Numbered from the whole stretch's first letter, positions 20,689 through 35,277 are shown. The stretch is 63,806 nt of DNA, filler included, from Thermodesulfobacteriota bacterium (GCA_036381125.1; 6 parts of 6 records of this genome joined end to end with filler, not necessarily neighbours in it); one strand, 5' to 3'. The notes: generated by a model from the letters alone, not told the origin. A program made the numbers and translations.

Positions 20689-20800
20689 GATCCGCGGGCG
20701 CCCGCTCCGGGGGCAACTCGCTTCGCATTCATCTGCTCGTCGCCTCCTCGCATGGCCCCCGCACCCCCGCGCTCGGCCGGGCCAGGCCCGTACCTCGCTT

Positions 20801-21736
20801 CTACCGTCCCCGCGCCGCCCGGAAGAAGGCCACGGTCTCGGCCAGCCCCTCGGCGAGCGTGGTGCGCGGCCGCCAGTCGAGCGCCCGGGCGGCGCGCGAC
20901 GGGTCGATCACGCTGCGCCGCTGCTCGCCCGCCTTGGCCGGACCGTGTACCGGCCGGGCCGAAGACGCCGTCGCCTCGGCGAGGAGCCGGTAGAGCGTGT
21001 TCACGTCGGTCTCGACGCCGGTGCCGATGTTGATCGGCCCCGACACCGGCCTCGCGAGGTCGGCCGCCGCCGCGTTGGCCTCGACCACGTCGCCGACGTA
21101 CACGTAGTCGCGCGTCTGGGCGCCGTCGCCGTTGATCGTGCAGGGCTGCCCGGCGATGAGCCGGCTCGTGAAGATGGCGACGACGCCGGCCTCGCCGTGC
21201 GGGTCCTGCCGCGGCCCGTAGACGTTGCCGTACCGCAACGCCACGTAGGGCAGCCCGTGGACCGCCTGATAGTAGAAGCAGTAGTGCTCGCCGGTCACCT
21301 TCCCGACCCCGTAGGGGGAGACCGGGTTCAGGGGGTGGTCCTCGTCGGCCGGGAAGCGGATCTGCTCGCCGTACGCCGCCCCGCCGGACGACACGAACAC
21401 GACGCGCTTCACCCCGTGGCGCGCCGCGAGGTCGAGCAGGCGGATCGTGCCGAGGATGTTGACGCGCGCGTCGTGGATCGGGTCGGCCACCGACTTGCGG
21501 ACGTCGATCTGGGCGGCGTGGTGATTCAGGATGTCGAACCGGCCCTCCACGAACAGCCGCTCGATCGCCGGGTCGAGGATGTCGAGGTGGTGGAAGGCCG
21601 CGCGCGGGTTCACCTGCGCCCGCTTGCCGGTGGAGAGGTCGTCGACGACCGTGACCTCGTGCCCGTCGGCGACGTAGCGATCGACCACGTGCGAGCCGAT
21701 GAAGCCCGCGCCCCCGGTAACCAGGATTCTGGCCAC
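20801..21736 (-). CDS. NAD-dependent epimerase (UDP-glucose 4-epimerase-like)
   Basis: VTGGAGFIGSH, SPYGVGK, RYGNVYGPRQDPHGEAGVV. Confidence 0.92.
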   Translation of the reverse strand: MARILVTGGAGFIGSHVVDRYVADGHEVTVVDDLSTGKRAQVNPRAAFHHLDILDPAIERLFVEGRFDILNHHAAQIDVRKSVADPIHDARVNILGTIRLLDLAARHGVKRVVFVSSGGAAYGEQIRFPADEDHPLNPVSPYGVGKVTGEHYCFYYQAVHGLPYVALRYGNVYGPRQDPHGEAGVVAIFTSRLIAGQPCTINGDGAQTRDYVYVGDVVEANAAAADLARPVSGPINIGTGVETDVNTLYRLLAEATASSARPVHGPAKAGEQRRSVIDPSRAARALDWRPRTTLAEGLAETVAFFRAARGR

Positions 21737-23061
21737 TAGCGTCCCATCCCCATGTAGGTGAAGCCGAGGCGCCGCATCCGCACCGGCTCGTAGATGTTCC
21801 GCAGGTCGACCACCACCGGGCGCGCGAGCGTCTGCTTGAGCCGGTCCCAGTCGAGGTTGCGGAAGAGGTTCCACTCCGTGGCCAGCACCAGAACGTCCGC
21901 CCCCTTGGCCGCCTCGTAGGCGTCCTCGCAGTAGATCACGTCGGGGTAGAGCCGCCTCGCGCCAGGCATCCCGGCGGGGTCGAAGGCCTGCACCCGCGCG
22001 CCGAGCTCGAGGAGCCGCTCGACCAGGAAGAGCGGCGGCGACTCGCGCAGGTCGTCGGTGTTGGGCTTGAACGTGAGGCCGAGGAGCGCCACGGTCGCCC
22101 CGCGGACCTCCCGGGCGGGATTCGCCCCGTCGGTCGCGCCGAGCGCCGCGAGGACCTTCTCGAGCGAGTGCCGCTTCTGTCGCTCGTTGACCGCCACGGT
22201 GGCGTCGACGAGCTTGAACTCCATCCCCTGCTCCCGGGCGATGTGCCCGAGCGCCTTCAGGTCCTTCGGGAAGCAGGAGCCGCCGAAGCCCGGCCCCGGG
22301 TGGAGGAACTTGCTGCCGATCCGCTGGTCGAGCCCCATCCCCTTGGCCACCACGTGGACGTCCGCCCCCACCTTCTCGCAGAGGAGCGCCATCTCGTTGA
22401 TGAAGGAGATCTTCGTGGCGAGGAAGGCGTTGCTCGCGTACTTGATCATCTCGGCCGTCTCGACGTCGGCCACGACGAAGGGGGTCTCGATGAGGTAGAG
22501 GGGCGAGTAGAGGTCCTTGAGGATGGCGGCCGCCTGACCGCTCGACGTGCCGATGACCACGCGGTTGGGCCGCATGAAGTCCTCGATGGCCGAGCCCTCG
22601 CGCAGGAACTCCGGGTTCGACGCGACGTCGAACGGCACCGGCTCGGGCTGCGACTCCTCGATGATCTTCCGGATGACCTTGCCCGTGCCGACCGGGACGG
22701 TGGACTTGGTGACGACGACCTTGTAGCTGTCCATCGTCTGGCCGATGGCCCGGGCGACCTCGCACACGTACTGGAGGTCGGCCGCGCCGTCCTCGCCCTG
22801 CGGCGTCCCGACGGCGATGAAGACGACCAGCGCGCGGGAGACCGCCGACTTGAGGTCGTCGGTGAAGGACAGGTTCCCCGATCGCACGTTCTTGTCGACC
22901 AGCTCGGTCAGGCCCGGCTCGTAGATCGGGATGCGCCCCTGCTTGAGGCCCTCGATCTTCTCCCGGTCCTTGTCGACGCAGACGACCTTGAGGCCGAACT
23001 CCGCGAAGCAGGCGCCGGTGACGAGGCCGACGTAGCCGACCCCCACGACGCAGATGTTCAT
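21736..23061 (-). CDS. ugd: UDP-glucose 6-dehydrogenase
   Basis: GVGYVG, KSTVPVG, NPEFLREG, GFGGSCFPKD. Confidence 0.95.
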   Translation of the reverse strand: MNICVVGVGYVGLVTGACFAEFGLKVVCVDKDREKIEGLKQGRIPIYEPGLTELVDKNVRSGNLSFTDDLKSAVSRALVVFIAVGTPQGEDGAADLQYVCEVARAIGQTMDSYKVVVTKSTVPVGTGKVIRKIIEESQPEPVPFDVASNPEFLREGSAIEDFMRPNRVVIGTSSGQAAAILKDLYSPLYLIETPFVVADVETAEMIKYASNAFLATKISFINEMALLCEKVGADVHVVAKGMGLDQRIGSKFLHPGPGFGGSCFPKDLKALGHIAREQGMEFKLVDATVAVNERQKRHSLEKVLAALGATDGANPAREVRGATVALLGLTFKPNTDDLRESPPLFLVERLLELGARVQAFDPAGMPGARRLYPDVIYCEDAYEAAKGADVLVLATEWNLFRNLDWDRLKQTLARPVVVDLRNIYEPVRMRRLGFTYMGMGR

Positions 23062-23073
23062 ACCCGTCCCTCC

Positions 23074-24489
23074 CTAACGCGCTCCATGAACCCCGCTTCC
23101 GTTCGTGCCCCCCGCGACCTCGGCGAGGCAGGCCCCGAGGATGCCGACCGCCTCGTCGACCTCCTCGCGCGTCACGACGAGCGGAGGCGAGAAGCGGATC
23201 GAGGACGTCCCGCACCCGAGGAGCAGGAGCCCCCGCCGGAAGGCCTGCTCGATCACCAGGTCCCGCTCCCGCGCGGCCGGCTCGCGCGAGGTGCGATTGC
23301 GCACGAGCTCCATCCCGATCATGAGCCCCACCCCCCGCACGTCCCCGACGAGACGGTTCGTCGAGGTGAAGGCCTTGAGCCGCCCGAGGAGATGGGCGCC
23401 CACGCGCGCCGCGTTCTCGATCAGCCCCTCCTCGAGCAGGTCGAGCGTGGCGAGTGCCGCCGCGCAGGCGACCGGGTTGCCGCCGAAGGTCGAGGCGTGC
23501 GCGCCCGGCTCCCACGTCATGAGGTCCGAGCGCGCGATCATGGCGCCGAGCGGCATCCCCGAGGCGATGCCCTTGGCGACGACCAGGATGTCCGGCGCCA
23601 CGCCGGCCTGCGAGCACGCGAAGAGCGTGCCGGTGCGTCCCATGCCGCACTGCACCTCGTCGGCGACGAGCAGGATGCCGTACCGATCGCAGAGGGCGCG
23701 AAGCCTGGGGAGGAACTCGGCCGGCGGCACCAGATAACCGCCCTCGCCCTGGATCGGCTCCACCACGATGGCGGCCACCTCCTCGGGCGGTACCAGACTG
23801 TGGAAGTAGAGCCGCTCGATGGCGTCGACGCAGTCGACCCGGCACCCGGGGTAGGTGAGCCCGTAGGCGCAACGGTAGCACGACGCGTACGGAACGTGGT
23901 GGACCTGGGGCAAGAGCGGCGCGAAGCCGCGCGTGTGGACCGCCTTGCTCGCCGAGAGCGACAGGGCGCCCAGGGTCCGACCGTGGAACGCGCCGTGGAA
24001 GGCGAGGAAGCGGGGACGCCCCGTGGCGTAGCGCGCGAGCTTGATGGCGGCCTCGATCGCCTCGGCCCCGGAGTTGGTGAAGAACACCCGCTTGGGGTGA
24101 TCGCCCGGGGCCGCGGCGGCCAGGCGCCGCGCGAGGTCCACCTGCGGCCCGTAGTAGAAGTCGGTGCCCGACATGTGGATCAACGTTGCCGCCTGCTGCG
24201 CGATCGCCTCGACGACGCGCGGATGGCAGTGGCCGGTGGCCGCGACCGCGATGCCGGCCGTGAAGTCGAGATACCTGCGGCCGTCGAGGTCGTAGACGTA
24301 CGCCCCCTCCCCTCGGGCGACGGCGAGCGGATAGCCGCGGGTGTACGACGGCGAGAGGTAGCGGGCGTCCTCGGCGATCAGGGCCGCCGAGAGGGGGCCG
24401 GCCCCGGCCGCCCGCGCCGTCGCCTCCGCGGCGGCAGCCCGGCGGTCGGCGTCGGACGGGACGGTTTCGATGTCACGCTTGTCGAGCAT
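23074..24489 (-). CDS. Class III PLP aminotransferase (GabT/ArgD-like)
   Basis: NSGAEA, FHGRT, EPIQGEGG, DEVQCGMGRTG, AKGIASG. Confidence 0.9.
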   Translation of the reverse strand: MLDKRDIETVPSDADRRAAAAEATARAAGAGPLSAALIAEDARYLSPSYTRGYPLAVARGEGAYVYDLDGRRYLDFTAGIAVAATGHCHPRVVEAIAQQAATLIHMSGTDFYYGPQVDLARRLAAAAPGDHPKRVFFTNSGAEAIEAAIKLARYATGRPRFLAFHGAFHGRTLGALSLSASKAVHTRGFAPLLPQVHHVPYASCYRCAYGLTYPGCRVDCVDAIERLYFHSLVPPEEVAAIVVEPIQGEGGYLVPPAEFLPRLRALCDRYGILLVADEVQCGMGRTGTLFACSQAGVAPDILVVAKGIASGMPLGAMIARSDLMTWEPGAHASTFGGNPVACAAALATLDLLEEGLIENAARVGAHLLGRLKAFTSTNRLVGDVRGVGLMIGMELVRNRTSREPAARERDLVIEQAFRRGLLLLGCGTSSIRFSPPLVVTREEVDEAVGILGACLAEVAGGTNGSGVHGAR

Positions 24490-24687
24490 CCAGGGGGTCC
24501 TCGATCAGGGGACCGCAGAAGCATGCAATTCCATTGCCATTCGAAGCGCTCGGGCCCTGCGGCCCGAAGGAAACCCTCAGGTAGGCACCGTGGCGTCGGT
24601 CGGGGAGCCGCCCGACCGCCAACCTCGAGGGCGTACGGCGCAAAGTTTGCGGTCTTCCGGGGGTTGTGGTCTCTCGGCGCGGCCCGG

Positions 24688-27057
24688 TCAGCCGCGACGG
24701 CCGGCTGCCGTCCGGCTCCGGTAGTAGTCGATCGTCGCCCGGAGGCCGTCGTCGATGTCGACCCGAGGCTCCCAGCCGAGGAGCCGTCTGGCGAGCGAGA
24801 TGTCCGGGCGGCGCACCTTCGGGTCGTCCACGGGCAGCGGCTTGAAGACGATCCGGCTCGTGCTGCCGGTGAGCCGCTTCACGCGCTCGGCGAACTCGAG
24901 CACCGTCCGCTCCTCCGGGTTGCCGATGTTGACCGGGCCCACGTAATCGGAGCCGAGGAGCCGGTAGATGCCCTCCACCAGGTCGTCCACGTAGCAGAAG
25001 CTGCGGGTCTGCGACCCGTCGCCGAAGACGGTGATGTCCTCGCCGGCCAGCGCCTGGAGCGTGAAGGCCGGCACCACGCGGCCGTCGTGCGGCCGCATGC
25101 GGGGGCCGTAGGTGTTGTGCGCGAAGACCCCGATGCCGGCCACGAAGTTCTCGTGCCCGTCGACACTGAAGTCGTACACGTACCCGGTAGGCTCGATGGG
25201 CCGGATCTCCCTCACCGGCGCCCATACCAGGTCCCCGGATCGTGTCGCGTCGAGCGTCTGCACGACACCCTCGTGCCAACCGAGGATGTCGAAGTTCGAC
25301 AGCTCGCACACCGTGACGCGCCAGAACGGAAACGTCCGGTCTCCGTACCGCCGTTCGAAGGTCGTCGCGTACTTGCCGACGGACGCGACGATCCCGAAGC
25401 GCAGCAGCAGCAGCGTCAGGTCCGTTGCCAACGCCTCACTGACGGTATTGAACGTCAACTCCCGCCGCTCCGGGTAGTGCGCCTGCGCACCATCGCCCTC
25501 CCTGTAGCCTTCCAGGAAATGGACGAGGCGGGCGAGGGGCAACTGCATGATCCACCCGGGCACCCGCGCGGTCTTCGCCGTACCCGTCACGCCGAACACT
25601 GCCCGGAAGAGGTACACGAGAATCCCGGAGTCGACCGAGAGCTGCGGCGCTCGGCTCGCGTCGGCCGGCACGATCCGGGCGGTCACCCCGAAATGCGACT
25701 CGATGATGCGCCGCGCCCGGTCGAGCTGCCGCTGACCCGAGCCGAGGAGCAGGCGGTAGTCCCCGTCCTCGTCCACGTGGCAGCCCTCGGCCAGGTACAG
25801 TCCGAGGAGCCAGAGCAGGTCGTTCGTGACCTCGACCCGGTTGGGGATCTCCACACCGCCGCCGCCCGTGTACGGGCGCAGGCGGGCGTTCTCCGGCCAC
25901 CGGACGCCCTGTTCGCGCCAGAGGGCCGCCGCGACCGGGAGCGGCAAGGCGCCATGCCCGAGGTACTTCCGCCACGCGCACCCGATCGCGTTCCGCAGCG
26001 AGCCGCTCCCGGCGAAACGCCCGCTCGCGGCGAGGAACTCGACGACCCGGGCCTCGTGCGGCTCGACGAGAGACGCGAGGTCGGCCGAGACGAGCGCGTA
26101 GTTCCACAGCTCGGCTTCCGGCGCACGTCGAATGAGGTGGTCGACGATGTCCACCGCCCGAACGTCCCTCTCGACGACCGGCAACCGAGCCGGGAGGGCG
26201 ATGTCGTCGCCGACGGCGAGATCTCGAACCGGCACAGGCTCGGGCCTTCCGCACGGGCCGCGGCGGAAGACGCTGTGGTCCCCGGTGACACGGATACGAC
26301 GCCCGTACCCGGTCCTGACCTCGTACGCGTCTTTCCCCTCGGCCCGGTGCTTGATGAGCGCATTCGCCAGCCGCAACTCGACGCGCAGGGTCCGGGGATC
26401 GAAGGCCGGCACGTAGAGTCGCCTCGGCGCGACGAGACGGCCGTCGCGGACCGACTGATCGGCGAACGGCTCGATCGGCCCCACGTGCATGAGGTCGTCG
26501 TCGAAGACCACGACGGTTTCGTCCGCCATGATGCTGTTGAAGATCCGCACGATCCGGACGTCGACGCCGTGCGCCCGGTGGTAGGCCATCGTCATCGCCT
26601 CGGCAAAGCGCTTCGCCTCGTCGTAGACGCCGCGGGGGCCGACCGGGTTCACGTTGCCCCAGTAGCTCTCGGGCTGCGGGTTCACGAGCGGGTCGCCGTA
26701 GACCTCGGAGGTGGAGGCCAGGAGGAACCGCGCCTTCTTGTGCTTGGCGAGCCCGAGCGCCTTGTGCGTGCCGAGGGAGCCGACCTTGAGGGTCTGGATG
26801 GGGAGTTCCTGGTAGTCGATCGGCGACGCCGGCGAGGCGAAGTGGAGCACCGCGTCGAGGTGCCCCTCGACGTAGAGGTAGTTGGTCACGTCGTACTGGA
26901 CGAACGTGAACCGCGGGTCCCGGATGTGCGCGATGTTGTCGGCCGAGCCGGTCACGAGGTTGTCCAGGCAGATGACTTCCCAGCCTTCCTTGAGGAACCG
27001 GTCGCAGAGGTGAGAGCCGAGGAACCCGGCTCCGCCGGTGATGAGGACTCTGGGCAT
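24688..27057 (-). CDS. UDP-glucuronate decarboxylase (UXS-like) containing an intein
   Basis: [36 protein letters not shown]|intein|TYGPRM; exteins total 315 aa. Confidence 0.92.
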   Translation of the reverse strand: MPRVLITGGAGFLGSHLCDRFLKEGWEVICLDNLVTGSADNIAHIRDPRFTFVQYDVTNYLYVEGHLDAVLHFASPASPIDYQELPIQTLKVGSLGTHKALGLAKHKKARFLLASTSEVYGDPLVNPQPESYWGNVNPVGPRGVYDEAKRFAEAMTMAYHRAHGVDVRIVRIFNSIMADETVVVFDDDLMHVGPIEPFADQSVRDGRLVAPRRLYVPAFDPRTLRVELRLANALIKHRAEGKDAYEVRTGYGRRIRVTGDHSVFRRGPCGRPEPVPVRDLAVGDDIALPARLPVVERDVRAVDIVDHLIRRAPEAELWNYALVSADLASLVEPHEARVVEFLAASGRFAGSGSLRNAIGCAWRKYLGHGALPLPVAAALWREQGVRWPENARLRPYTGGGGVEIPNRVEVTNDLLWLLGLYLAEGCHVDEDGDYRLLLGSGQRQLDRARRIIESHFGVTARIVPADASRAPQLSVDSGILVYLFRAVFGVTGTAKTARVPGWIMQLPLARLVHFLEGYREGDGAQAHYPERRELTFNTVSEALATDLTLLLLRFGIVASVGKYATTFERRYGDRTFPFWRVTVCELSNFDILGWHEGVVQTLDATRSGDLVWAPVREIRPIEPTGYVYDFSVDGHENFVAGIGVFAHNTYGPRMRPHDGRVVPAFTLQALAGEDITVFGDGSQTRSFCYVDDLVEGIYRLLGSDYVGPVNIGNPEERTVLEFAERVKRLTGSTSRIVFKPLPVDDPKVRRPDISLARRLLGWEPRVDIDDGLRATIDYYRSRTAAGRRG
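25114..26535 (-). mobile_element. Intein with LAGLIDADG homing endonuclease (474 aa)
   Basis: Block A SIMADETV, block [18 protein letters not shown] and [10 protein letters not shown], block [13 protein letters not shown], terminal HN followed by Thr+1. Confidence 0.93.
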
Positions 27058-27397
27058 GGTCTTCCGTCGCTCCTCGCTGGCGCGCCCGCGCCGTGTGGGC
27101 CGACCCCCCTTCCGGGCCGCGCCGAGCCGCCGCGTGCGGCGTTCGGTCCGGATCCGACCGCCGCGGACGACCGTGCCAGTATAACCGACCGCCTGCCCGG
27201 CAAGCGCCGGGCGGCGGTCCTCGTGCGGGCGCTCCCGGCTCGGGCGGCCGGGCTGCCGACAGGCCCCGGCGGCCGATCAGCTCGAAGCGTAACCGGCCGC
27301 GTACCGATGCGCAGCGACGGTGCTCACCGCGCGGCAGCCGGGCCGGACGTGGGCCTCGCACGAGGGCCTCGTCGGCCGGTCATGCCGACGTCTCGTC

Positions 27398-27929
27398 TCA
27401 CCCCGACGTCTCGTCCCGCGGCGGGCTGCCCTCCGGCTTCGCCGGCCCGGTCACGGCGGGCGCCCAGGCGAGGCCGAGCAGGACGAGCGTCAGGGCGCGA
27501 ACGCGCCAGTCCTCCCAGTGGTAGTTGAACACGCCGAGGGCCAGCACGCCCAGCAGGGCGAGGCCGACGCCGGCCGCCGCGCCTCGCGCCTCGGGGCCGA
27601 CCCGACTCACGGCGCGAAGCGCGTGCAGCATCGCGGCCGTCACGGCGACGACCCAGGCGGCGAGACCGAGCGGACCGCGCTCGGCCAGCAGTTGCAGGAA
27701 GGTGTTGTGGAGGTGCGAGGGCCCTTCGGTCTGCGCCAGGCCCGCGTACCGCTCGTAGTTGGCGACCACCCCCTCCGGCCCGATGCCGAGGATCGGGTGG
27801 TCCCGGATCACGGCGAGCCCGATGCGGTACCGGGCCAGGCGGTCGAGGTTCCGTTCGGCCGTCGGATCGAAGGCGGACCGCACGCGCGCGCCGAGATCGC
27901 GCGAGTCGTCGGCGCCCGGCAGCGAGGCG
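27398..27929 (-). CDS. O-antigen ligase family protein (5' partial)
   Basis: HPILGIG, HLHNTFLQLLAERG..GL. Confidence 0.85.
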
Positions 27930-28029
27930 NNNNNNNNNNNNNNNNNNNNNNNNNNNNNNNNNNNNNNNNNNNNTTAATTAATTAANNNNNNNNNNNNNNN
28001 NNNNNNNNNNNNNNNNNNNNNNNNNNNNN

Positions 28030-31333
<3,304 letters not shown>

Positions 31334-31343
31334 GTGGCGCAGG

Positions 31344-32669
31344 CTATCGGAGCGCCCTGCGCAGCAGCTTGCCCGACGGAGTGCGCGGCAGGGCCGAGGC
31401 GAGCTCGACCCGCTTGGGCACCTTGAAGCCGACAAGCGCCTCGGCGCAGTGGCGCCGCAGCTCGTCCGGCGTCACCTCCGAGCCGTCCTCGAGGACGACC
31501 ACGGCGGTCACGGCCTGCTGCCACTCGGGGTCCTCGCGCCCGACCACCGCGGCGTCGGCCACCTCCGGGTGCCGCAGCAGGACCTGCTCGACCTCGGCCG
31601 GGATCACGTTCTCGCCCCCGGTCACGATCAGGTCGTCCATCCGGTCCTCGACGTAGAGGAACCCCTCGTCGTCGATGCGGCCCAGGTCGCCCGTGTGCAG
31701 CCAGCCGTCGGAGTCGACCCGCTCGGGCGCGACGGTCGGGCCCTGGACCAGGATCTCGCCGTCCTGGATGCGCAGATGGGTAGTCAGCAGCGGCCGGCCG
31801 GCGGAGCCGAGCTTGCGCCCGGCGTCCGCGGGCGCCAGCGTCGTCACCTGCGAGCAGGCCTCGGTCAGGCCGTAGGTCTGCACCACCGTGGCCCCGCGGC
31901 CGATCGCCTCCTCCAGCGGCTCCCTGGGCACCGGCCCGCCGCCGACCAGGATCGCCCGCGGCCCCGAGAGGTCGGCATCCGCCTCGAGCAGCCGGGTGAG
32001 CATCGTCGAGACCATCGAGACCACCGAGATCCGGTCCGATTCGAGCGAGGCGGCGACGCGGTCGACGTCGAAGCCGTCGTGGACGACCGCCGTCGTGCCG
32101 TAGATGACTGCGCGGACGACGATGCTGAGCCCGGAGATGTGGCTGAGGGGAAGGCAGCAGAGCCAGCGGTCGCTCGGCTCAACCCCGATGTTGAAGGCCG
32201 AGGCAACGGCGCTCCAGAGGAAGTTGCCGTAGGTCAGGCCGACGGGATCGGGCGCACCGGTGCTGCCGCTGGTCAGCACCCGGCAGCAGAGGGCGTCCAT
32301 GTCGTGCTCGCCCAGCAGAGGCAGGTCGGCCTCGGTCTGGGTCAGCTGGCCCGGATCGTCGAGCTCGACCGCCGGCTCGACGGCGTCGACCACGGCGGCG
32401 CGCTCCTCCGCCGTGAAGCGCGGGTTGAGCGGCAGCAGGACCGCGCCCGTCTTCATCAGCGCGTGGACGAGCACCACCTGCTCGCGGCGCGGGTGCATGG
32501 CGACGGCGGCGACCGACCCACGGCGGACGCCGTGGGCCGCCAGCCGCCGCGCGACCCAGGTCGCCTCCGCCTCGAGCTCGGCGTAGGTCACCTCGGAGCC
32601 GTCCGCGATCAGTGCGGTTCGCTCGGGGCAGCTCTGTGATCTCTGGGCAAGCCAGTCGTCGAGCTTCAT
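31344..32669 (-). CDS. menE: o-succinylbenzoate-CoA ligase
   Basis: [27 protein letters not shown]; divergent from menB. Confidence 0.85.
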   Translation of the reverse strand: MKLDDWLAQRSQSCPERTALIADGSEVTYAELEAEATWVARRLAAHGVRRGSVAAVAMHPRREQVVLVHALMKTGAVLLPLNPRFTAEERAAVVDAVEPAVELDDPGQLTQTEADLPLLGEHDMDALCCRVLTSGSTGAPDPVGLTYGNFLWSAVASAFNIGVEPSDRWLCCLPLSHISGLSIVVRAVIYGTTAVVHDGFDVDRVAASLESDRISVVSMVSTMLTRLLEADADLSGPRAILVGGGPVPREPLEEAIGRGATVVQTYGLTEACSQVTTLAPADAGRKLGSAGRPLLTTHLRIQDGEILVQGPTVAPERVDSDGWLHTGDLGRIDDEGFLYVEDRMDDLIVTGGENVIPAEVEQVLLRHPEVADAAVVGREDPEWQQAVTAVVVLEDGSEVTPDELRRHCAEALVGFKVPKRVELASALPRTPSGKLLRRALR

Positions 32670-32694
32670 CGGTGCCGGGATATCGTTGCCGATC

Positions 32695-33016
32695 ATGCCG
32701 ACGCGCCACAAGAACGCCCCGTCCGAGGAGGAGCTCTACGCGCCGATCGACTGGCGCGCCGCGGGTGAGTACGAGGACATCCGCTACGAGACGGCGGAGG
32801 GAATCGCGAAGATCACGATCGACCGGCCCGACGTGCTCAACGCCTTTCGGCCCCAGACCCTGATCGAGATCTCGGCCGCGATGGAGCTGGCGCGCGAGGA
32901 CACCGGGGTGGGCGTGGTCGTGCTGACCGGCGAGGGAGAGCGGGCCTTCTGCTCGGGCGGCGACCAGACGGTACGCGGCGACACCGGCTACGTCGAGGAG
33001 GGCCGCTCGCTCGGCC
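32695..33016 (+). CDS. menB: 1,4-dihydroxy-2-naphthoyl-CoA synthase (3' partial)
   Basis: IAKITIDRP...NAFRPQT, AFCSGGDQ. Confidence 0.92.
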
Positions 33017-33116
33017 NNNNNNNNNNNNNNNNNNNNNNNNNNNNNNNNNNNNNNNNNNNNTTAATTAATTAANNNNNNNNNNNNNNNNNNNNNNNNNNNN
33101 NNNNNNNNNNNNNNNN

Positions 33117-33851
33117 CCGCTGGCGGCGGCGTCGCCGACCCCCGCGCCGCGTACGGAGCCGTCGCCCGCGCCGCCCATGGAGCGGCCGCCGGTCGCCGCG
33201 GCGTCCCCTCCGGTCACGGCGCTCGCCGACGCGACGCCGGCAGCGGCGGCAACGCCCGCCACGGAGGCGCCGGCGGCGGCGTCCGCGTCGGTCGAGGCCG
33301 ACCGGTCGTCGTCGGGCGTCGCGCTCGTCGCGAGGGGCGCCGATGGGGCGGACCGGGAGGAGCCCGGCGGCCATGCCGGCCGGGCCGGCGAGGGGGAGGC
33401 GCCGGCGGCGGCGGCCTCCGGGGCCGCGACGCGCGGGGAGGCCGACCAGGCGTCGGAGGCGGGTCACCGCGGCGGTACGGGCGGCGGGGCCGGCGGCGGC
33501 ACGGGCGGCGGCGCAGGCGGCGGTCCGGCCGGAGACCCGGCCGGCGGCCCGGCGTCCGGGTCGTCCGGCGGCGACGTGCTGGCCGCCATCCACGCGCGCC
33601 TGGCGGCGGCCCGGCACTATCCCTACAGGGCGCGTCGGCGCGGGATCGAGGGGACGGCCATCGTGCGGTTCCACATCGGGCAGAGAGGCGCGGTCGAGCG
33701 GGTCGACCTGATCGAGTCGGCCGGCGACCGGACGCTCGACGAGGCCGCCCTGCGCGCCGTCCGCCGCGCGGCGCCGTTCCCGGCGGAGGCGATCACGGTG
33801 ACCGCGCCGATCGTCTTCGATCTCGAGGGCGACGTCGAGGCGGGGCGCTAG
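33117..33851 (+). CDS. TonB family energy transducer (5' partial)
   Basis: Pro/Ala/Gly-rich linker; YP.RARRRGIEG, SAG..TLDEAA..AVR.AAPFP. Confidence 0.85.
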   Translation, partial: PLAAASPTPAPRTEPSPAPPMERPPVAAASPPVTALADATPAAAATPATEAPAAASASVEADRSSSGVALVARGADGADREEPGGHAGRAGEGEAPAAAASGAATRGEADQASEAGHRGGTGGGAGGGTGGGAGGGPAGDPAGGPASGSSGGDVLAAIHARLAAARHYPYRARRRGIEGTAIVRFHIGQRGAVERVDLIESAGDRTLDEAALRAVRRAAPFPAEAITVTAPIVFDLEGDVEAGR

Positions 33852-33939
33852 CGTTCATGCAGCCGTGGGATGTCCTGGTCATCCGCAGCCGCGCCGGGCG
33901 CGAGGCGGTGCGCGCGCGCTTCGAGGCCGCCAGGTGGGC

Positions 33940-34473
33940 ATGCTGATCCTCGTCACCGGCGGCGTCCGCGCCGGCAAGAGCCGCCTCGCTCTCGAGCGGG
34001 CGAAGGCCGCCCCGCCGCCGCGGTGGTGCGTCGTCACGGCCGATCCGGTGCGCTCGGCCGCCGACCCGGAGATGGCGAGCCGGATCGAGGCCCACCGCCG
34101 GGAGCGCGGGGTGGGCTTCGTCACGGTCGAGGCGCCGGGCGCCCTCGCCGCCGCGGTGCGCGAGGCGACGGCGGCCGGCGCGTCGGCGCTGCTCGTCGAC
34201 GACCTCACGCTCTGGGCGGCCAATCGGCTCGAGGCCGCCGACGCGGAGGCCTTCGCGGCCGAGGCCGATGACCTCGCCGCGGCGCTCCGGGCGTCGGCGG
34301 ACGCGGGCGCCGTAACCGTCGTGGTGACGAACGAGGTGGGGTGGGGGATCGTGCCGGCCGACGCCGGCGCCCGTGCCTACGCGGAGCGGCTCGCCCGGGC
34401 GAACGCGCGCGTCGCCCGCGCGGCCGACGAGGTCTGGCTCGTCGTGGCCGGCCTGCCGCTCAGGGTGCGCTGA
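33940..34473 (+). CDS. cobU: Adenosylcobinamide kinase/guanylyltransferase
   Basis: TGGVRAGKS, EM..RI..HR..R, VTNEVGWGIVP. Confidence 0.9.
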   Translation: MLILVTGGVRAGKSRLALERAKAAPPPRWCVVTADPVRSAADPEMASRIEAHRRERGVGFVTVEAPGALAAAVREATAAGASALLVDDLTLWAANRLEAADAEAFAAEADDLAAALRASADAGAVTVVVTNEVGWGIVPADAGARAYAERLARANARVARAADEVWLVVAGLPLRVR

Positions 34474-35074
34474 GCCGCCGTTCGAGCCAGAGGAGCGCGA
34501 TCAGCGTCTTGGGCTCGACGAAGCGGCCCTCGGCGAGCCAGGTCATGGCGAGCCGCCGCGAGAGGGCCACGACCTCGATGTCCTCCGCCTCGTCGACGCC
34601 GCCTGCCCAGCTCGCGGGGCCGTCGCCCGCCAGCCGGCCGGCGAGGTCCACCTCCCCGAGGTAGAGGAAGACCCGCTCCGAGCAGGCGCCCGGGCTCGGG
34701 TAGAAGGTCGCGATCGGCGTGAGCGTCGACACGGCGAGCCCCGTCTCCTCGACCGCCTCGCGGCGCGCGGTCGCCTCGGGCGTCTCGCCCGCCTCGAGGA
34801 TGCCGGCCGCGACGTCGAGGATCCATCCCGGCCCCCCGCGCACCCAGGCCGGATAGCGGAACTGCCGCACGAGACAGATCGCGTCGCGAGACGGATCGTG
34901 CAGCAGCACCCCGACCGCATCCCCCCGGTCGAAGTGCAGGATCCGCTGCGGCTCGCCCATGCGGCCGTCGAAGCGCTCGTGCCGCACGGTGGCCGCCTCG
35001 AGGCGGAAGAAGCCGGTGTACAGCGGCTCGACGCCGAGCACGTCGATGCGCGAGGGTAAGCGTCGCTCGCCCAT
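34460..35074 (-). CDS. NUDIX hydrolase (ADP-ribose pyrophosphatase-like)
   Basis: QFRYP, AG.LEAGE.....A.REAVEETG, SPG, EDI. Confidence 0.88.
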   Translation of the reverse strand: MGERRLPSRIDVLGVEPLYTGFFRLEAATVRHERFDGRMGEPQRILHFDRGDAVGVLLHDPSRDAICLVRQFRYPAWVRGGPGWILDVAAGILEAGETPEATARREAVEETGLAVSTLTPIATFYPSPGACSERVFLYLGEVDLAGRLAGDGPASWAGGVDEAEDIEVVALSRRLAMTWLAEGRFVEPKTLIALLWLERRLSAP

Positions 35075-35277
35075 GCCCTCACTCATACCGCGCACCGGGA
35101 TCGGGAGCGCGCGTGCGCCGGCCGGTGTGCGGAGCATCACACAAGTATTCGATCTTTCTCGCTTTTTTTCGGCTCGTCCCCCAGTCCAGCGCTTGCATGT
35201 GCGCGAGGGGTCGTTATCATTCGCCGCTGGGTTGACGAGTCCACGATTGCATCCTGGAGAGGAGGTGAACGATCATC

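Noticed and set aside
24560-24592. CCCGAAGG-AAACCCTCAGGT resembling a glycine riboswitch
   Set aside because: Wrong strand for the downstream gene and lacks the GGAGA and GCAA elements
22168-27528. 1786-aa plus-strand ORF and other very long overlapping ORFs (e.g. 6694-9480, 18583-21033)
   Set aside because: Antisense or shadow frames of real genes caused by high GC; no recognisable motifs
33470-33575. GGC-rich repeats in the tonB gene
   Set aside because: Ordinary Gly-rich linker coding sequence
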